Of a stretch of 64,000 bases of DNA, positions 1 through 10,051 are shown piece after piece. Position numbers and translations under genes: made by a program. This stretch comes from Spirochaetia bacterium. Its GTDB lineage: Bacteria; Spirochaetota; Spirochaetia; SZUA-6; Bin103. The stretch covers positions 736,001 through 800,000 of the forward strand of contig CBDATQ010000002.1 in assembly GCA_965199955.1 (NCBI GenBank), written 5' to 3'. The stretch's first letter is position 1, and every line of letters begins with the position of its first letter. Below the pieces are notes generated by a model. It made no database searches and was not told the origin of the DNA. It worked only from the letters and a program-made list of their open reading frames with translations.

Positions 1-175
1 GCTCGCCCCACCAGGCGAAGGTCTCGGTGTCGGCGGTGGCGTCGGGTGTAAACTCGAAGAACCCGAGGAACTCCAGCTCCGGCGCGTCGTCCCCGGCGGC
101 TGCCTCTTCTTCTCCCGAACCCCAAGCGGACATGCCGACTGCGAGCGCCAGCAGAACGATGAGTACTTGTCTCAC
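1..175 (-). CDS. N-terminal part of a secreted protein, probably an ABC solute-binding protein (runs off window)
   Basis: Not in ORF track. GGGAGG RBS, then GTG at 175: MRQVLIVLLALAVGMSAWGSGEEEAAAGDDAPELEFLGFF; signal peptide styled like the binding proteins at 12187 and 54053. Confidence 0.7.
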   Translation of the reverse strand, partial: MRQVLIVLLALAVGMSAWGSGEEEAAAGDDAPELEFLGFFEFTPDATADTETFAWWGE

Positions 176-310
176 GATAGAATCCTCCCGTCGATTGCAC
201 CCGTGTGAGCGGGCTTGGCCGCGAGTATAGGTTTCGTTGCGGGGCCTTGTCACGGTACCGCCCGGCGAGCCGGGACTCGGCGGGTCGTGCGCGACCGCTC
301 ACGGCCGTGC

Positions 311-339
311 TTGACATGCCGTGAGGCTGCGGCCAGTGT
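311..339 (+). promoter_or_regulatory. Putative sigma70-type promoter for E1 operon
   Basis: TTGACA-N17-CAGTGT, 8 nt before in-frame GTG at 348. Confidence 0.45.
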
Positions 340-347
340 CGCCGCCA

Positions 348-1319
348 GTGTCGCAGATGACGTTCGCGCAGTCGGTCAACGCCGGCCTCCGGGAGGAGAT
401 GCGGCGTGATGCCGGCGTGGTGGTGATGGGCGAGGACGTCGGCCACTACGGCGGCGTATTCGGCGTCACGCGCGGCCTGCAGGACGAGTTCGGAGCCGAG
501 CGCGTGCGCGACGCGCCGCTGTGCGAGGCGGCGATCGTCGGTTTCTGCGTCGGCTTGGCGGTGGCCGGCAAGCCGGCCGTCGCGGAGCTCGAGTTCATGG
601 ACTTCGTCACCTTCGCCATGGACCCGATCGTCAACCAGGCCGCGAAGCTCCGCTACTTCTGGGGCGGACAGGTCTCGGTGCCGCTGGTGGTGCGGGCCCC
701 GGTGGCCGCCAACCTCGGCTTCGGCAGCCAGCACTCGCAGAGCCTGGAGGCGTGGTTCATGCATGTGCCCGGCCTGCGCATCGCCATGCCCTCCAACGGC
801 TACGACGCCAAGGGCCTGATCAAGACCGCGGTCCGCGATCCCAACCCGGTGCTGTTCCTGGAGAACATCAGCCTCTACCCCAGCCGCGTGGAGGTCCCGG
901 AAGAGGAGTACCTGATCCCCTTTGGGGAGGCGCATGTGGTCCGCACCGGCAGCGACGTGACCGTGGTGGCGCTGGCGTCGATGGTGCCGCGCGCGCTGGA
1001 GGCCGCCGACGCACTGACCGCGGACGGCATCAGCGCGGAGATCATCGATCCGCGCACGCTGGCCCCACTTGACATCGACACGATCGTGGAGTCCGTGCGA
1101 AAAACCGGCCGCGTGGTCATCGCCCACGTGGCACACAAGACCGCCGGCGTCGGCGCCGAGATCGCCCAGCAGATCACGGAGCTGGCCTTCGATCACCTTG
1201 AAGCGCCGGTGCGGCGGGTCGCGGCGCTGGACAATCCCATCCCGGCGAGCCAGCCGCTGGAGGCGCAGGTGTTTCCGGGAACGGACGAGATCGTGGAGGC
1301 CTGTCGTGCCCTCGGTTGA
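348..1319 (+). CDS. ThDP-dependent 2-oxoacid/acetoin dehydrogenase E1 beta subunit
   Basis: GEDVG, GGVFGVT, QHSQS motifs, transketolase-C domain; start GTG348 or ATG357. Confidence 0.93.
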   Translation: MSQMTFAQSVNAGLREEMRRDAGVVVMGEDVGHYGGVFGVTRGLQDEFGAERVRDAPLCEAAIVGFCVGLAVAGKPAVAELEFMDFVTFAMDPIVNQAAKLRYFWGGQVSVPLVVRAPVAANLGFGSQHSQSLEAWFMHVPGLRIAMPSNGYDAKGLIKTAVRDPNPVLFLENISLYPSRVEVPEEEYLIPFGEAHVVRTGSDVTVVALASMVPRALEAADALTADGISAEIIDPRTLAPLDIDTIVESVRKTGRVVIAHVAHKTAGVGAEIAQQITELAFDHLEAPVRRVAALDNPIPASQPLEAQVFPGTDEIVEACRALG

Positions 1320-2283
1320 CCCAATCTCGGCTGAAAGACCCCCGGAGCAGCGCGCGGAGGTGCTGCGCCGCATGTGGCTGATCCGCCACTTCGAGGAGGA
1401 GGCGGTCCGCCTGTACGGTGAGGGCCGCTACCGCGGCTCGACCCATCCGTACATCGCCCAGGAAGCGACCGCGCTTGCCGTGTGCGCGGCGCTGCGGCCA
1501 ACCGACACGGTGCTGGCCACCTACCGCGGCCACGGCGCCGCGATCGCCGCCGGCTGCGACGTGGGCGCCATGATGGGTGAGCTGCTGGGCAAGGAGAGCG
1601 GGCTCTGCAAGGGCAAGGGCGGCTCCATGCACTTCAGCCACGTCGGCGACCGCTTGTTCGGCTGCAACGCCATCGTCTCCGGGCAGATCCCGATGGCCGG
1701 CGGTATCGCCCTGGCCGCGCGCATCGACGGCGGGGACGCGGTCACGGTCACCTTCTTCGGCGACGGCGCCTCCTGCGAAGGGGTGTTCTACGAAACCTTG
1801 AACATGGCCGTGCTCTGGAAGCTTCCGCTGGTGCTGGTCTGCGAGAACAACGAGTACGCGATCTCCACTCACTACACGCAGGCGGTGAGCGTCCCGCGCA
1901 TCTCCGACCGGGCCAAGGGGTTCGGCCTGCCGGGGGTGCACGTGGACGGCTGCGACTACGACACCGTGCACGCGGCCGCCGCGGATGCGGTCGCGCGAGC
2001 GCGGGCAGGCGAGGGACCCACCCTGATCGAGGCCAAGACCGTCCGCTGGACCCGGCACAGCGCCGTGGCAGCCGGTGGCTCGAGCGAAGGTGGCGAGAAG
2101 TGGCGGGAGACCGATCCGATCCCACGCTTCACCGAGCAGGCGATCGCCGAGGGGGCGCTCGACGCCGCGGCGGCCGAACGCATCCGCGACGAGGCACGCG
2201 CGGAGGTCGAGCGCGCCGCCGAGGCGGCGATCGCCGCGCCCTATCCGCCGCCGTCGGCGCTGGCCACCGACGTGTTTGCCTGA
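1306..2283 (+). CDS. ThDP-dependent dehydrogenase E1 alpha subunit
   Basis: GKGGSMH, ThDP motif GDGA...CENN; GGAGG before GTG1306. Confidence 0.92.
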   Translation: MPSVDPISAERPPEQRAEVLRRMWLIRHFEEEAVRLYGEGRYRGSTHPYIAQEATALAVCAALRPTDTVLATYRGHGAAIAAGCDVGAMMGELLGKESGLCKGKGGSMHFSHVGDRLFGCNAIVSGQIPMAGGIALAARIDGGDAVTVTFFGDGASCEGVFYETLNMAVLWKLPLVLVCENNEYAISTHYTQAVSVPRISDRAKGFGLPGVHVDGCDYDTVHAAAADAVARARAGEGPTLIEAKTVRWTRHSAVAAGGSSEGGEKWRETDPIPRFTEQAIAEGALDAAAAERIRDEARAEVERAAEAAIAAPYPPPSALATDVFA

Positions 2284-2288
2284 CGCGC

Positions 2289-2774
2289 ATGGTCGAAGCG
2301 GTCATCCCCAAGCTGGACGAGACGACGGAAGTCGCCACCGTCGAGCGCTGGCTGGTGCAGGAAGGCGAGCGCGTCGAGCAGGGGCAACCGATCTGCGAGG
2401 TGGAGACCGACAAGGCGCTGGTCCAGGTGGAGGCACCTGCCGCGGGCACCGTGCGCCGTCAGCTCATACCCGCCGGCACCGAGGTGCCGCCGCTGACCAT
2501 CGTCGCGCTGGTCGGCGACCCGGCCGAGCCGGTTCCGGAGGTCGATCCGTACGCGCGCGCTGCCGGGTCGCAGTCCTCCGCGCCGTCGGCGGGATCTCCG
2601 GCCGCGGCGCCATCGGCCGCTCCGCCATCCGCGCCGGTCTCGCGGGGAACGGCTGCATCGCCACGGGCTCGGCGGCTGGCCGAGGAGCTGGGCGTCGACT
2701 TGGGCACCGTCAGCGGCACCGGTCCGGGCGGCAAGATCACCGATCGCGACGTGCAACGGGCGTCTGGCCAATGA
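2289..2774 (+). CDS. Lipoyl carrier with peripheral-subunit-binding domain (E2 without catalytic domain), 161 aa
   Basis: EVETDKA lipoyl motif, Ala/Pro linker, SPRARRLAEELGVDL..GTGPGGKIT..DV, then stop. Confidence 0.88.
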   Translation: MVEAVIPKLDETTEVATVERWLVQEGERVEQGQPICEVETDKALVQVEAPAAGTVRRQLIPAGTEVPPLTIVALVGDPAEPVPEVDPYARAAGSQSSAPSAGSPAAAPSAAPPSAPVSRGTAASPRARRLAEELGVDLGTVSGTGPGGKITDRDVQRASGQ

Positions 2775-3127
2775 GCGGGGCGGACACACCGACCTTCTTC
2801 GACTCGGAGGCCGTCGAGTGGCAGGCGCACCCGCTGTTCCCGCCGATCGACATCAAGGACCTGCAGCCGGGGGCCGCCCATCCGGCCGGCACGTTCAGCC
2901 TGATGCGCGTCAAGGTGGCGGCTGGCGGTCGCATCGACCCGCACACCCATCCCGTGGAGACCGAGACCGCCTACGTGCTGCGCGGCGCAGCCCGGCTGCT
3001 CTGCCAGGGCGTGGCCACCGAGCTGCGCGCCGGCGGCGGCGTCTCCATCCCGCCCGGCCTCGAACACTCGCTCGAAGCCGACGCCGAGGTCGAGCTGCTC
3101 GCCATCCACACCCCACCGCTGCGCTGA
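2771..3127 (+). CDS. Cupin domain protein
   Basis: PHTHPVETE...VLRG and IPPGLEH motifs; ATGA overlap with upstream gene. Confidence 0.85.
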   Translation: MSGADTPTFFDSEAVEWQAHPLFPPIDIKDLQPGAAHPAGTFSLMRVKVAAGGRIDPHTHPVETETAYVLRGAARLLCQGVATELRAGGGVSIPPGLEHSLEADAEVELLAIHTPPLR

Positions 3128-3192
3128 GCGCGGCGGATCGCACCGGCCGAGCGGTAGGGATCGACTGACCGAGATCTGGTAGAGACTTCACG

Positions 3193-3662
3193 ATGAACCC
3201 GGCGGACTTCTCCCCCGACCGGAAGTACCGCTACGTTCTGCGGCGCAAGATTGGCTCGTCCGCGCGGCGCGTTGTGTTCATCATGTTGAATCCGTCCATC
3301 GCGGACGAGGTTCGGACGGACCCGACCGTTCGCAGGTGCGTCGGATTCGCGCGGCGCTGGGGATTCGGGGCCTTGGAGGTCGTGAACCTGTTCGCGCTGG
3401 TGTCAACCGACCCGAATGGCCTGCAGGACGCGGACGATCCGGTGGGCCGGGAAACGACGCCGCGATCCGCTCGGCGCTGTCGTCAGCGGACAGGGTTGTT
3501 CTGGCGTGGGGCAACAACGGGCTGCGGCGCCGGGACAGGGCGGACGCGGTGATCGCGATGACGCGGAACGCGGGCATGCCATGCTGCTTCGGAATGACGA
3601 AGGAGGGCGCGCCCAGACATCCCTTGCGCCTGAGCGACAAGGCGGCGCTGACGCCATTCTGA
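3193..3662 (+). pseudogene. DUF1643-like protein, frameshifted
   Basis: YRYVLRR..FIMLNPS..DPTVRRC..VNLFA in one frame; GNDAAI..LAWG..PRHPL in another; shift near 3447. Confidence 0.75.
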
Positions 3663-3733
3663 ACGTGATTGGGCGCCAGAGCAGGGGACACCGCATTGCT
3701 GTCTGATACCATGGCGAACCACGAGGTTTCAGG

Positions 3734-4425
3734 ATGAACGACGTGTCGACACTGGGGGCCTACACGTTTGCCGATGCCGCCCGCTACGTGGTGGCTCCGG
3801 TCGCAACCGTCCGTGCCTGGTTTCTTGGCACGACCACCGGAGCCGGTCGCTTCGAGCGCGTGCTACAGTTGGACGACTCCCAGCATCGGATGCTGTCGTT
3901 TCGCAACCTCGTGGAACTCCACGTTCTGAACTCCGTACGGCGGCGCCATCGTGTAACGCTGTTTAAGGTCAGAACGGCTATCGCAATCCTGTCGGAAGCT
4001 TGGGGCTCCGATCATCCGCTGGCTGAGCGGGACATGCTCACGGACGGCTACGATCTGTTTGCTCATGTGGCTGGCCTGCTGACCAACGTGAGCACGTCTG
4101 ACCAGCAGATCCTGCTCGACAAAGTCTTGCAGGCTGCGCTACGGAGAATCGACAGGCACCCGGCCGGCGGGGCGGCGAAGCTCTTTCCCTTTCGGCGGAC
4201 AACCTGGAGTCGGAGGAGCCGAAGACGATCGAGATCGACCCATCCGTTCAGTTCGGCCGGCCGTGCCTCACCGGCACGGGCATTCCGACGGAAGCGCTGT
4301 ACGACCGTCATGCCGGCGGGGAGGCCGTGGATCAACTCGCGGACGATTATGGACTGGCCGGCGAACGTGTGCGGGATGCCATCGAGTACGAGGAGCAACT
4401 GCGCACTCGGCTGTCTGCCGCTTGA
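3734..4425 (+). pseudogene. DUF433-domain antitoxin (VapB45-like), frameshifted
   Basis: YTFADAARY..LSFRNLVE N-terminus; after shift near 4191 IEIDPSVQFGRPCLTGTGIPT..LADDYGL..DAIEYE, TGA 4423-4425. Confidence 0.8.
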
Positions 4426-4818
4426 CCGACGATTCACACATTCTTCATCGATCGTTCTCTCGGCAGGAACCTCATCGCGAGCACCATGGTGGAGCTCGGC
4501 TACCGGGTCGAACGCCATGCCGACCACTTCGGTCCCGCCGAGCAGGACGACTCGGAGTGTCTGACTCTGGCGGGTCGGCGCGGCTGGGCCGTGTTGAGCG
4601 CCGACAATCGGGTCCGCTATGCGGACATCGAGCGTCGGGCGATCACCGAGCACGGAGTTCGCTACTTCGTCTTCCGAGCCAACAACGTCTCAGGGCCACA
4701 GAAAGTCGCGCTGCTTCACAAGCATGACGCCAAGATCCGGCTCATCCTGGAGTCGGAGGAGGCGCCGTACATCGCTCGGATCACGAAGGAGAGGGTTCGG
4801 ATCGTGTTTCGCCCCTGA
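4422..4818 (+). CDS. PIN-like toxin (VapC45-like); start region disrupted
   Basis: FFIDRSLG, DSECL, VLSADNRVRY; overlapping TTG4422 is out of frame with the conserved body. Confidence 0.7.
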
Positions 4819-4867
4819 GAGCGCTCGGGTGGATGCACGCGGGGGTGACCTGGGGTAGAATGGCCGC

Positions 4868-5704
4868 ATCGAACTGAAACTGGCCGGCGCGGATTTCACC
4901 TTTCCCCTGCTGTCGCATGACGACTCGCTGAAGCTGATCGCCATGCTGGGGCTGACCGGGGTCGACATCGGCCTGTTCGAAGACCGTTCGCACCTGTACC
5001 CGAGCCACGTGCTGGCCGACCCCAAGGCGTCCTCGGCCGACCTCGTGACCCGCGTGACCGACAAGGGGCTGGCGATTGCCGACATCTTCCTGCAGACCGC
5101 CGGCTTCGACACCATGACGGTGAACCACCCCGACGCCGCCGAGCGGCGCGGCTCGCGCGACCTGTTCGAGCGCACGCTGGAGTTCGTGCAGCTCTGCGAG
5201 ACCAGCCACATGACCATCCTGCCGGGGATCGAGTTCGACGGGGAATCGGCCGAAACTTCGCTGGCGCGCGCCGCCGAGGAGCTGTCGTGGCGCCTCGAAC
5301 GGGCGGCCGCCACCGGCGTCACGGTCAGCGTCGAGGCGCACGTCGGCTCCATCGTCCCGGATCCGGACGCCGCCTTGCGGCTGGTGGAGATGACGCCGGG
5401 GCTGACCCTGACGCTGGACTACACTCACTTCACCCGCGACGGCCTGCCCGACAGCGAGTCGGAGAAGCTGGTCCCGCACGCGTCCCACTTCCACGCCCGC
5501 GGCGCGGCGAAGGGGCGACTGCAGGTCAAGTTCACGGAGAACGTCATCGACTACGCGGGCGTGCTGCGCGCGCTCGACGCCGCCGACTACCGGGGCTGGG
5601 TCGGCGTCGAGTACGTCTGGCAGGACTGGGAGCGCAACAACGAGGTCGACAACGTGTCGGAGACGATCCTGATGCGCGACTTCCTGCTGGCCAACGCGCC
5701 GTAG
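4868..5704 (+). CDS. Sugar phosphate isomerase/epimerase (AP-endonuclease-2 TIM barrel)
   Basis: EAH, LDYTH, HFHAR, GVEY metal motifs; frame extends upstream of ATG4943 to ATC4868. Confidence 0.8.
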   Translation: MELKLAGADFTFPLLSHDDSLKLIAMLGLTGVDIGLFEDRSHLYPSHVLADPKASSADLVTRVTDKGLAIADIFLQTAGFDTMTVNHPDAAERRGSRDLFERTLEFVQLCETSHMTILPGIEFDGESAETSLARAAEELSWRLERAAATGVTVSVEAHVGSIVPDPDAALRLVEMTPGLTLTLDYTHFTRDGLPDSESEKLVPHASHFHARGAAKGRLQVKFTENVIDYAGVLRALDAADYRGWVGVEYVWQDWERNNEVDNVSETILMRDFLLANAP

Positions 5705-5724
5705 GGCGCCTCGTGGGGGCTGAC

Positions 5725-6474
5725 ATGCGCGTCGACGGCCGGGTCGCGATCGTCACCGGAGCGGGACGCGGCATCGGCGCGTCCATCGCCGAGACGCTGG
5801 CCGGCGCGGGGGCGGCCGTGATGGTCTGCGACATCGAGGGGGAGTTGGCCGAGGCGCAGGCCGCCCGCATCCGCGACGCCGGCCATGCCGCCGACGCCAA
5901 CGCCGCCGACGTCAGCAAGCCGGCCGAATGTGACCGCGTGGCGGAAGAGACCGAGCGGCGGCACGGCGCCGTGCACATCCTGGTCAACTGCGCGGCGATC
6001 TGCCCGCGTATCGACATCCCCGACATGACCGAGCCCGACTACGACCGGATCATGGACACCAACCTCAAGTCCGTGTACTTCCTGAGCCGAGCCGCCGGCC
6101 GGGCGATGCGGCGCGCCGGCTGGGGCCGCATCGTCAACATGACCTCGGTCGGGGCGCGCACCGGCGGCATGCACCGGGTCACCGTCTACGCCGCCAGCAA
6201 GGCCGCCGTCATCTCGATGACCAAGGGGTTCGCCCGCCACCACGCCCCGGACGGCATCCTGGTCAACGCGGTGGCGCCCGGCGCCGTGGACACGCGGCTG
6301 ATCCGCATGCTGCCGCCGGAGGACCAGCAGGCGACCGTCGACGTGATCCCACTGAAGCGGCTGGCCGCGCCGGTGGAGATCGCGCGTGCGGTGCTGTTCC
6401 TGGCCTCCGATGCGAACACCTACATCACCGGAGCCACCACCGACGTCAACGGCGGCTCCTTCATGCCGGACTGA
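5725..6474 (+). CDS. SDR oxidoreductase
   Basis: TGAGRGIG, YAASK, NAVAPG. Confidence 0.92.
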   Translation: MRVDGRVAIVTGAGRGIGASIAETLAGAGAAVMVCDIEGELAEAQAARIRDAGHAADANAADVSKPAECDRVAEETERRHGAVHILVNCAAICPRIDIPDMTEPDYDRIMDTNLKSVYFLSRAAGRAMRRAGWGRIVNMTSVGARTGGMHRVTVYAASKAAVISMTKGFARHHAPDGILVNAVAPGAVDTRLIRMLPPEDQQATVDVIPLKRLAAPVEIARAVLFLASDANTYITGATTDVNGGSFMPD

Positions 6475-6495
6475 TCCGGCCGGGGATGAGCTGAA

Positions 6496-7629
6496 ATGAA
6501 GATCGTCGAGGTGCGCGCCTATCCGCAGCGCTACCAGGAGCCCAATGACCGCATGATGTGGCGTCACGTCACGCTGGCCCGCATCACCACCGACTCCGGC
6601 CACGTCGGCTGGGGGGAGTGCATCTCGCAATGGCCGGAGGCGGCCCTGGCGGTGAAGATCCTGATCGAGCAGGGGCTCGGTCCGGCGGTCCTGCTCGGCA
6701 GGAACCCGCTCGACAACGGCGCGCTGTTCGCGGCCATGAAGGCGCACGACTGGTGGTACGGCGACACCGGCATGGCCAACTTCGCGGTCAGCGCCCTGGA
6801 CGTCGCCCTCTGGGACCTCAAGGGAAAGATCCTCGGACAGCCCGTGCACCGGCTGCTCGGCGGCAAGGTGCACGACCGGCTGCGCGCGTGCGCCAGCACC
6901 CATCCGTCGAAGGCCGACCTGCAGGACCTGGCCGACGAGCTGGCCGCACACGCCGACGACGGCTACACGGCCGTCAAGGTCGGCTTCGGCAAGGCCGGCG
7001 ACGCCGCGCTCGGCGTGGACCCCAAGCGTGACATCGCCTACGTGCGCACCGTCCGGCAGACGATCGGTGAAGACGTCGACTTCATCGTCGACGTCGGCAA
7101 CAAGACCCGCTGGGACTACGCATCGGGCGTCCGCATGGCGCGCGCGTTCGAGGAGTACCGGCTGCGCTGGCTGGAGGACCCGTTCCAGCCCACCGACGTG
7201 GCCGCCTACGTGCACCTGCGGGAGGCGATCGAGACGCAGATCGGCGCCGGCGAGCGCTCCTGGCAGGCGTCGGACTACCGGCGGCTGATCGAGCTGGGCG
7301 TGGCCGACGTCTACCTGGTCGACCCCGGCCGCGCCGACGGCATCACCGGCTACAAGCAGGTAATGGACCTCACCGCGCAGGCGCACCTGTTCTTCAACGC
7401 CCACTCGTGGAGTAGCGCCATCAACACCGCCGCCTCCATCCACGCGACCGCGACCGGCGCCAACTACATCGTCTTCGAGGTCAAGCCGGTGCCGAGCCCG
7501 ATGCAGCACGAGCTGGTGCCCGAACCGTTCGAGCAGCGCGACGGCTGGGTGACGGTGCCGGACAGCCCCGGCCTGGGGGTCGAGGTCGACGAGCAGGTAG
7601 TGGATCGCTATGGGTTCACCTCCGTCTAG
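6496..7629 (+). CDS. Mandelate racemase/muconate lactonizing enzyme family protein
   Basis: ALDVALWDLKGK, AVKVG, WLEDP, GAGE, PGLGVEVD. Confidence 0.9.
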   Translation: MKIVEVRAYPQRYQEPNDRMMWRHVTLARITTDSGHVGWGECISQWPEAALAVKILIEQGLGPAVLLGRNPLDNGALFAAMKAHDWWYGDTGMANFAVSALDVALWDLKGKILGQPVHRLLGGKVHDRLRACASTHPSKADLQDLADELAAHADDGYTAVKVGFGKAGDAALGVDPKRDIAYVRTVRQTIGEDVDFIVDVGNKTRWDYASGVRMARAFEEYRLRWLEDPFQPTDVAAYVHLREAIETQIGAGERSWQASDYRRLIELGVADVYLVDPGRADGITGYKQVMDLTAQAHLFFNAHSWSSAINTAASIHATATGANYIVFEVKPVPSPMQHELVPEPFEQRDGWVTVPDSPGLGVEVDEQVVDRYGFTSV

Positions 7630-8830
7630 TCAGTCGAGGCCGACGGCGTCGGCCATGGGCCGGCTGGGCACGGAGACCGCCTTCGCCGTATCGGCCGACG
7701 CCGCCGCGTGGGCGGCGCAGGGCCACCGCGTCTATCCGTTTCACCTGGGCGACATCAACCTGCGCACGCCCCTGAGCATCATCGAAGCCGCCGAGCGCGC
7801 CATGCGGGACGGCAAGACCGGCTACACCCCGGCTCCGGGCATCCCGGAGCTGCGCGAGGCGCTGGCGGAGGAGATCGGCGCGGCCCGCGGCGTGCGCTAC
7901 GGCCCCGAGCACGTGTCCGTGCAGCCGGGTGCCAAGCCGATCATCGGCAAGCTGCTGATGAGCGTCATGAACCCGAACGAGGAGGTGGTGTACCCGAACC
8001 CCGGCTACCCGATCTACGAGTCGCAGGTAGACTACCTGGGGGGACGCGGGCGCCCCTACGCCTACGTCGAGGAGGCCGACGGCTTCCGCATCGACCGCGC
8101 GTCGATGGAAGCGGCGCTCAGCGACGCGACCCGTGTGCTGATCGTCAACGCCCAGCACAACCCCACCGGCGCGGACGCGTCAGCCGACGAGATCGCCTGG
8201 CTGGCAAGGATCGCCCGTGAGCGCGACCTGTGGGTGCTGGCCGACGAGCCGTACTTCGACATCCGCTACAGCGGCTCGAGCCGCAGCCTGGTCTCCGAAC
8301 CGGAGATGGTCGAACGCACGGTGATCGGCTACACCTTCTCCAAGACCTACGCCATGACCGGCTGGCGGCTGGGCGCCGCCATCGGCCCGACCGGCGTCAT
8401 CGACCTGATCAACACGCTCAACACCAACCACGAGTCGTGCACCTGCGGGTTCATCCAGCACGCCGGCGTCGAGGCGCTGAAGGGCGACCAGTCCGGCGCC
8501 CGCGAGATCCTGACCACGCTCCGCGAGCGGCGTGACGTCGTGGTCGACGGCCTCAACGCCATCGACGGCGTGAGCGTCCATCGCGCCACCGCCACCTTTT
8601 ATTTGTTCGTCGACGTCACCGGCGTCTACCGGCGTCTCGGCTACGGCGACCCGCAGGCCTTCCGCACCGACGCGCTCCGCGAGACCGGGGTGTCGTTCTG
8701 CTCTCGCACCCACTTCGGGCGCGCGCTGCCCGGCGAGCAGCGGATGTACGTGCGCTTCGCCTACTCCGGCATCGAAGCGGACGATGCACGGGAGGGGCTT
8801 GCGGCGCTCAAGGAGTACTGGGAGCGGTAG
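7610..8830 (+). CDS. Class I/II PLP aminotransferase (AspC-like)
   Basis: HNPTG, DEPY, FSKTYAMTGWRLG. Confidence 0.9.
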   Translation: MGSPPSSQSRPTASAMGRLGTETAFAVSADAAAWAAQGHRVYPFHLGDINLRTPLSIIEAAERAMRDGKTGYTPAPGIPELREALAEEIGAARGVRYGPEHVSVQPGAKPIIGKLLMSVMNPNEEVVYPNPGYPIYESQVDYLGGRGRPYAYVEEADGFRIDRASMEAALSDATRVLIVNAQHNPTGADASADEIAWLARIARERDLWVLADEPYFDIRYSGSSRSLVSEPEMVERTVIGYTFSKTYAMTGWRLGAAIGPTGVIDLINTLNTNHESCTCGFIQHAGVEALKGDQSGAREILTTLRERRDVVVDGLNAIDGVSVHRATATFYLFVDVTGVYRRLGYGDPQAFRTDALRETGVSFCSRTHFGRALPGEQRMYVRFAYSGIEADDAREGLAALKEYWER

Positions 8831-8835
8831 CCCGG

Positions 8836-10023
8836 CTACTCGATGACGCCGTGCTGCCGGCCCACGCGGGCGAACGCCTCGATCGCCCGGTCCAGGTGGG
8901 CTTGCTCGTGCGCAGCCGAGATCTGCACGCGGATGCGGGCCTGCCCCTCCGGCACGACCGGATAGGAGAAGCCGATTACGTAGATCCCGTCGGCCAGCAG
9001 GTCGGCGGCCATCGCCTGTGCCAGCCGTGCGTCGTACAGCATGATCGGGACGATCGGATGCACGCCCGGCCGGATGTCGAAGCCGGCTGACGTCATCGCG
9101 TCGCGGAAGTAGGCGGTGTTCCCGGCCAGCCGGTCACGCAGCTCCGTGGTCCGGTCCAGCCGTTCCAGCACCGCCAGGCCGGCGGCGGCCAGGGAGGGCG
9201 GCAACGAGTTGCTGAACAGGTACGGCCGCGAGCGCTGCCGAAGCAGCTCCACGATCGGCCCGCGCGCCGCGGTGAACCCGCCGGAGGCGCCGCCCAGCGC
9301 CTTGCCGAGCGTGCTGGTGATGACGTCGATCTCGCCCAGCACGCCGCAGTGCTCGATCGAGCCGCGGCCGGTGGCGCCGATGAAGCCGGTGGCGTGCGAG
9401 TCGTCGACCATCACCAGCGCGTCGTGCGCGCGCGCCAGCTCGACGATGCGGTCCAGTGGGGCGATGTCGCCGTCCATGGAGAACACGCCGTCGGTGGCAA
9501 TCAGCCGCAGCCGCGCGCCGGCGGCTTCCTTCAGCTTCTCCTTCAAGTCGTCCATGTCGGCGTGCGCGTAGCGGTAGCGGGCCGCCTTGCACAGGCGGAT
9601 GCCGTCGATGATCGACGCGTGGTTGAGCGCGTCCGAGAGTACGGCGTCGCCCTCCTGCAGGAGGGTCTCGAACAGGCCGCCGTTGGCGTCGAAGCAGGAG
9701 GTGTAGAGGATGGCGTCGTCGGTGCCCAGGAAGCGCGCCAGCGCCTGCTCCAGGCGCTTGTGGAGATCCTGCGTGCCGCAGATGAAACGCACGGACGAGA
9801 GCCCGAAGCCGTGGGTGCGCAACGCGTCGGCCGCCGCGTCGATCACGGCCAGGTCGCTGGACAGCCCGAGGTAGTTGTTGGCGCAGAAGTTGAGCACCTC
9901 GTCGTCGGATCCAACGTGGATCGCCACCCCCTGCGGCGAGGTGATCACGCGCTCGTCCTTGTAGAGGCCGGCGACCCGGATCTGCTCCAGGGTGGGCTGA
10001 ATCACGCTGTCGATGGTTGCCAT
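8836..10023 (-). CDS. kbl: 2-amino-3-ketobutyrate CoA ligase
   Basis: [36 protein letters not shown]; adjacent to tdh. Confidence 0.95.
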   Translation of the reverse strand: MATIDSVIQPTLEQIRVAGLYKDERVITSPQGVAIHVGSDDEVLNFCANNYLGLSSDLAVIDAAADALRTHGFGLSSVRFICGTQDLHKRLEQALARFLGTDDAILYTSCFDANGGLFETLLQEGDAVLSDALNHASIIDGIRLCKAARYRYAHADMDDLKEKLKEAAGARLRLIATDGVFSMDGDIAPLDRIVELARAHDALVMVDDSHATGFIGATGRGSIEHCGVLGEIDVITSTLGKALGGASGGFTAARGPIVELLRQRSRPYLFSNSLPPSLAAAGLAVLERLDRTTELRDRLAGNTAYFRDAMTSAGFDIRPGVHPIVPIMLYDARLAQAMAADLLADGIYVIGFSYPVVPEGQARIRVQISAAHEQAHLDRAIEAFARVGRQHGVIE

Positions 10024-10051
10024 GAGGCGGTTACTCCTTGATGTTGAGGAC

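Noticed and set aside
5587..7509. Long antisense or off-frame ORFs (also 17350-19502, 56869-59253, 60112-61953)
   Set aside because: Overlap well-supported genes, lack motifs, and are expected in GC-rich DNA
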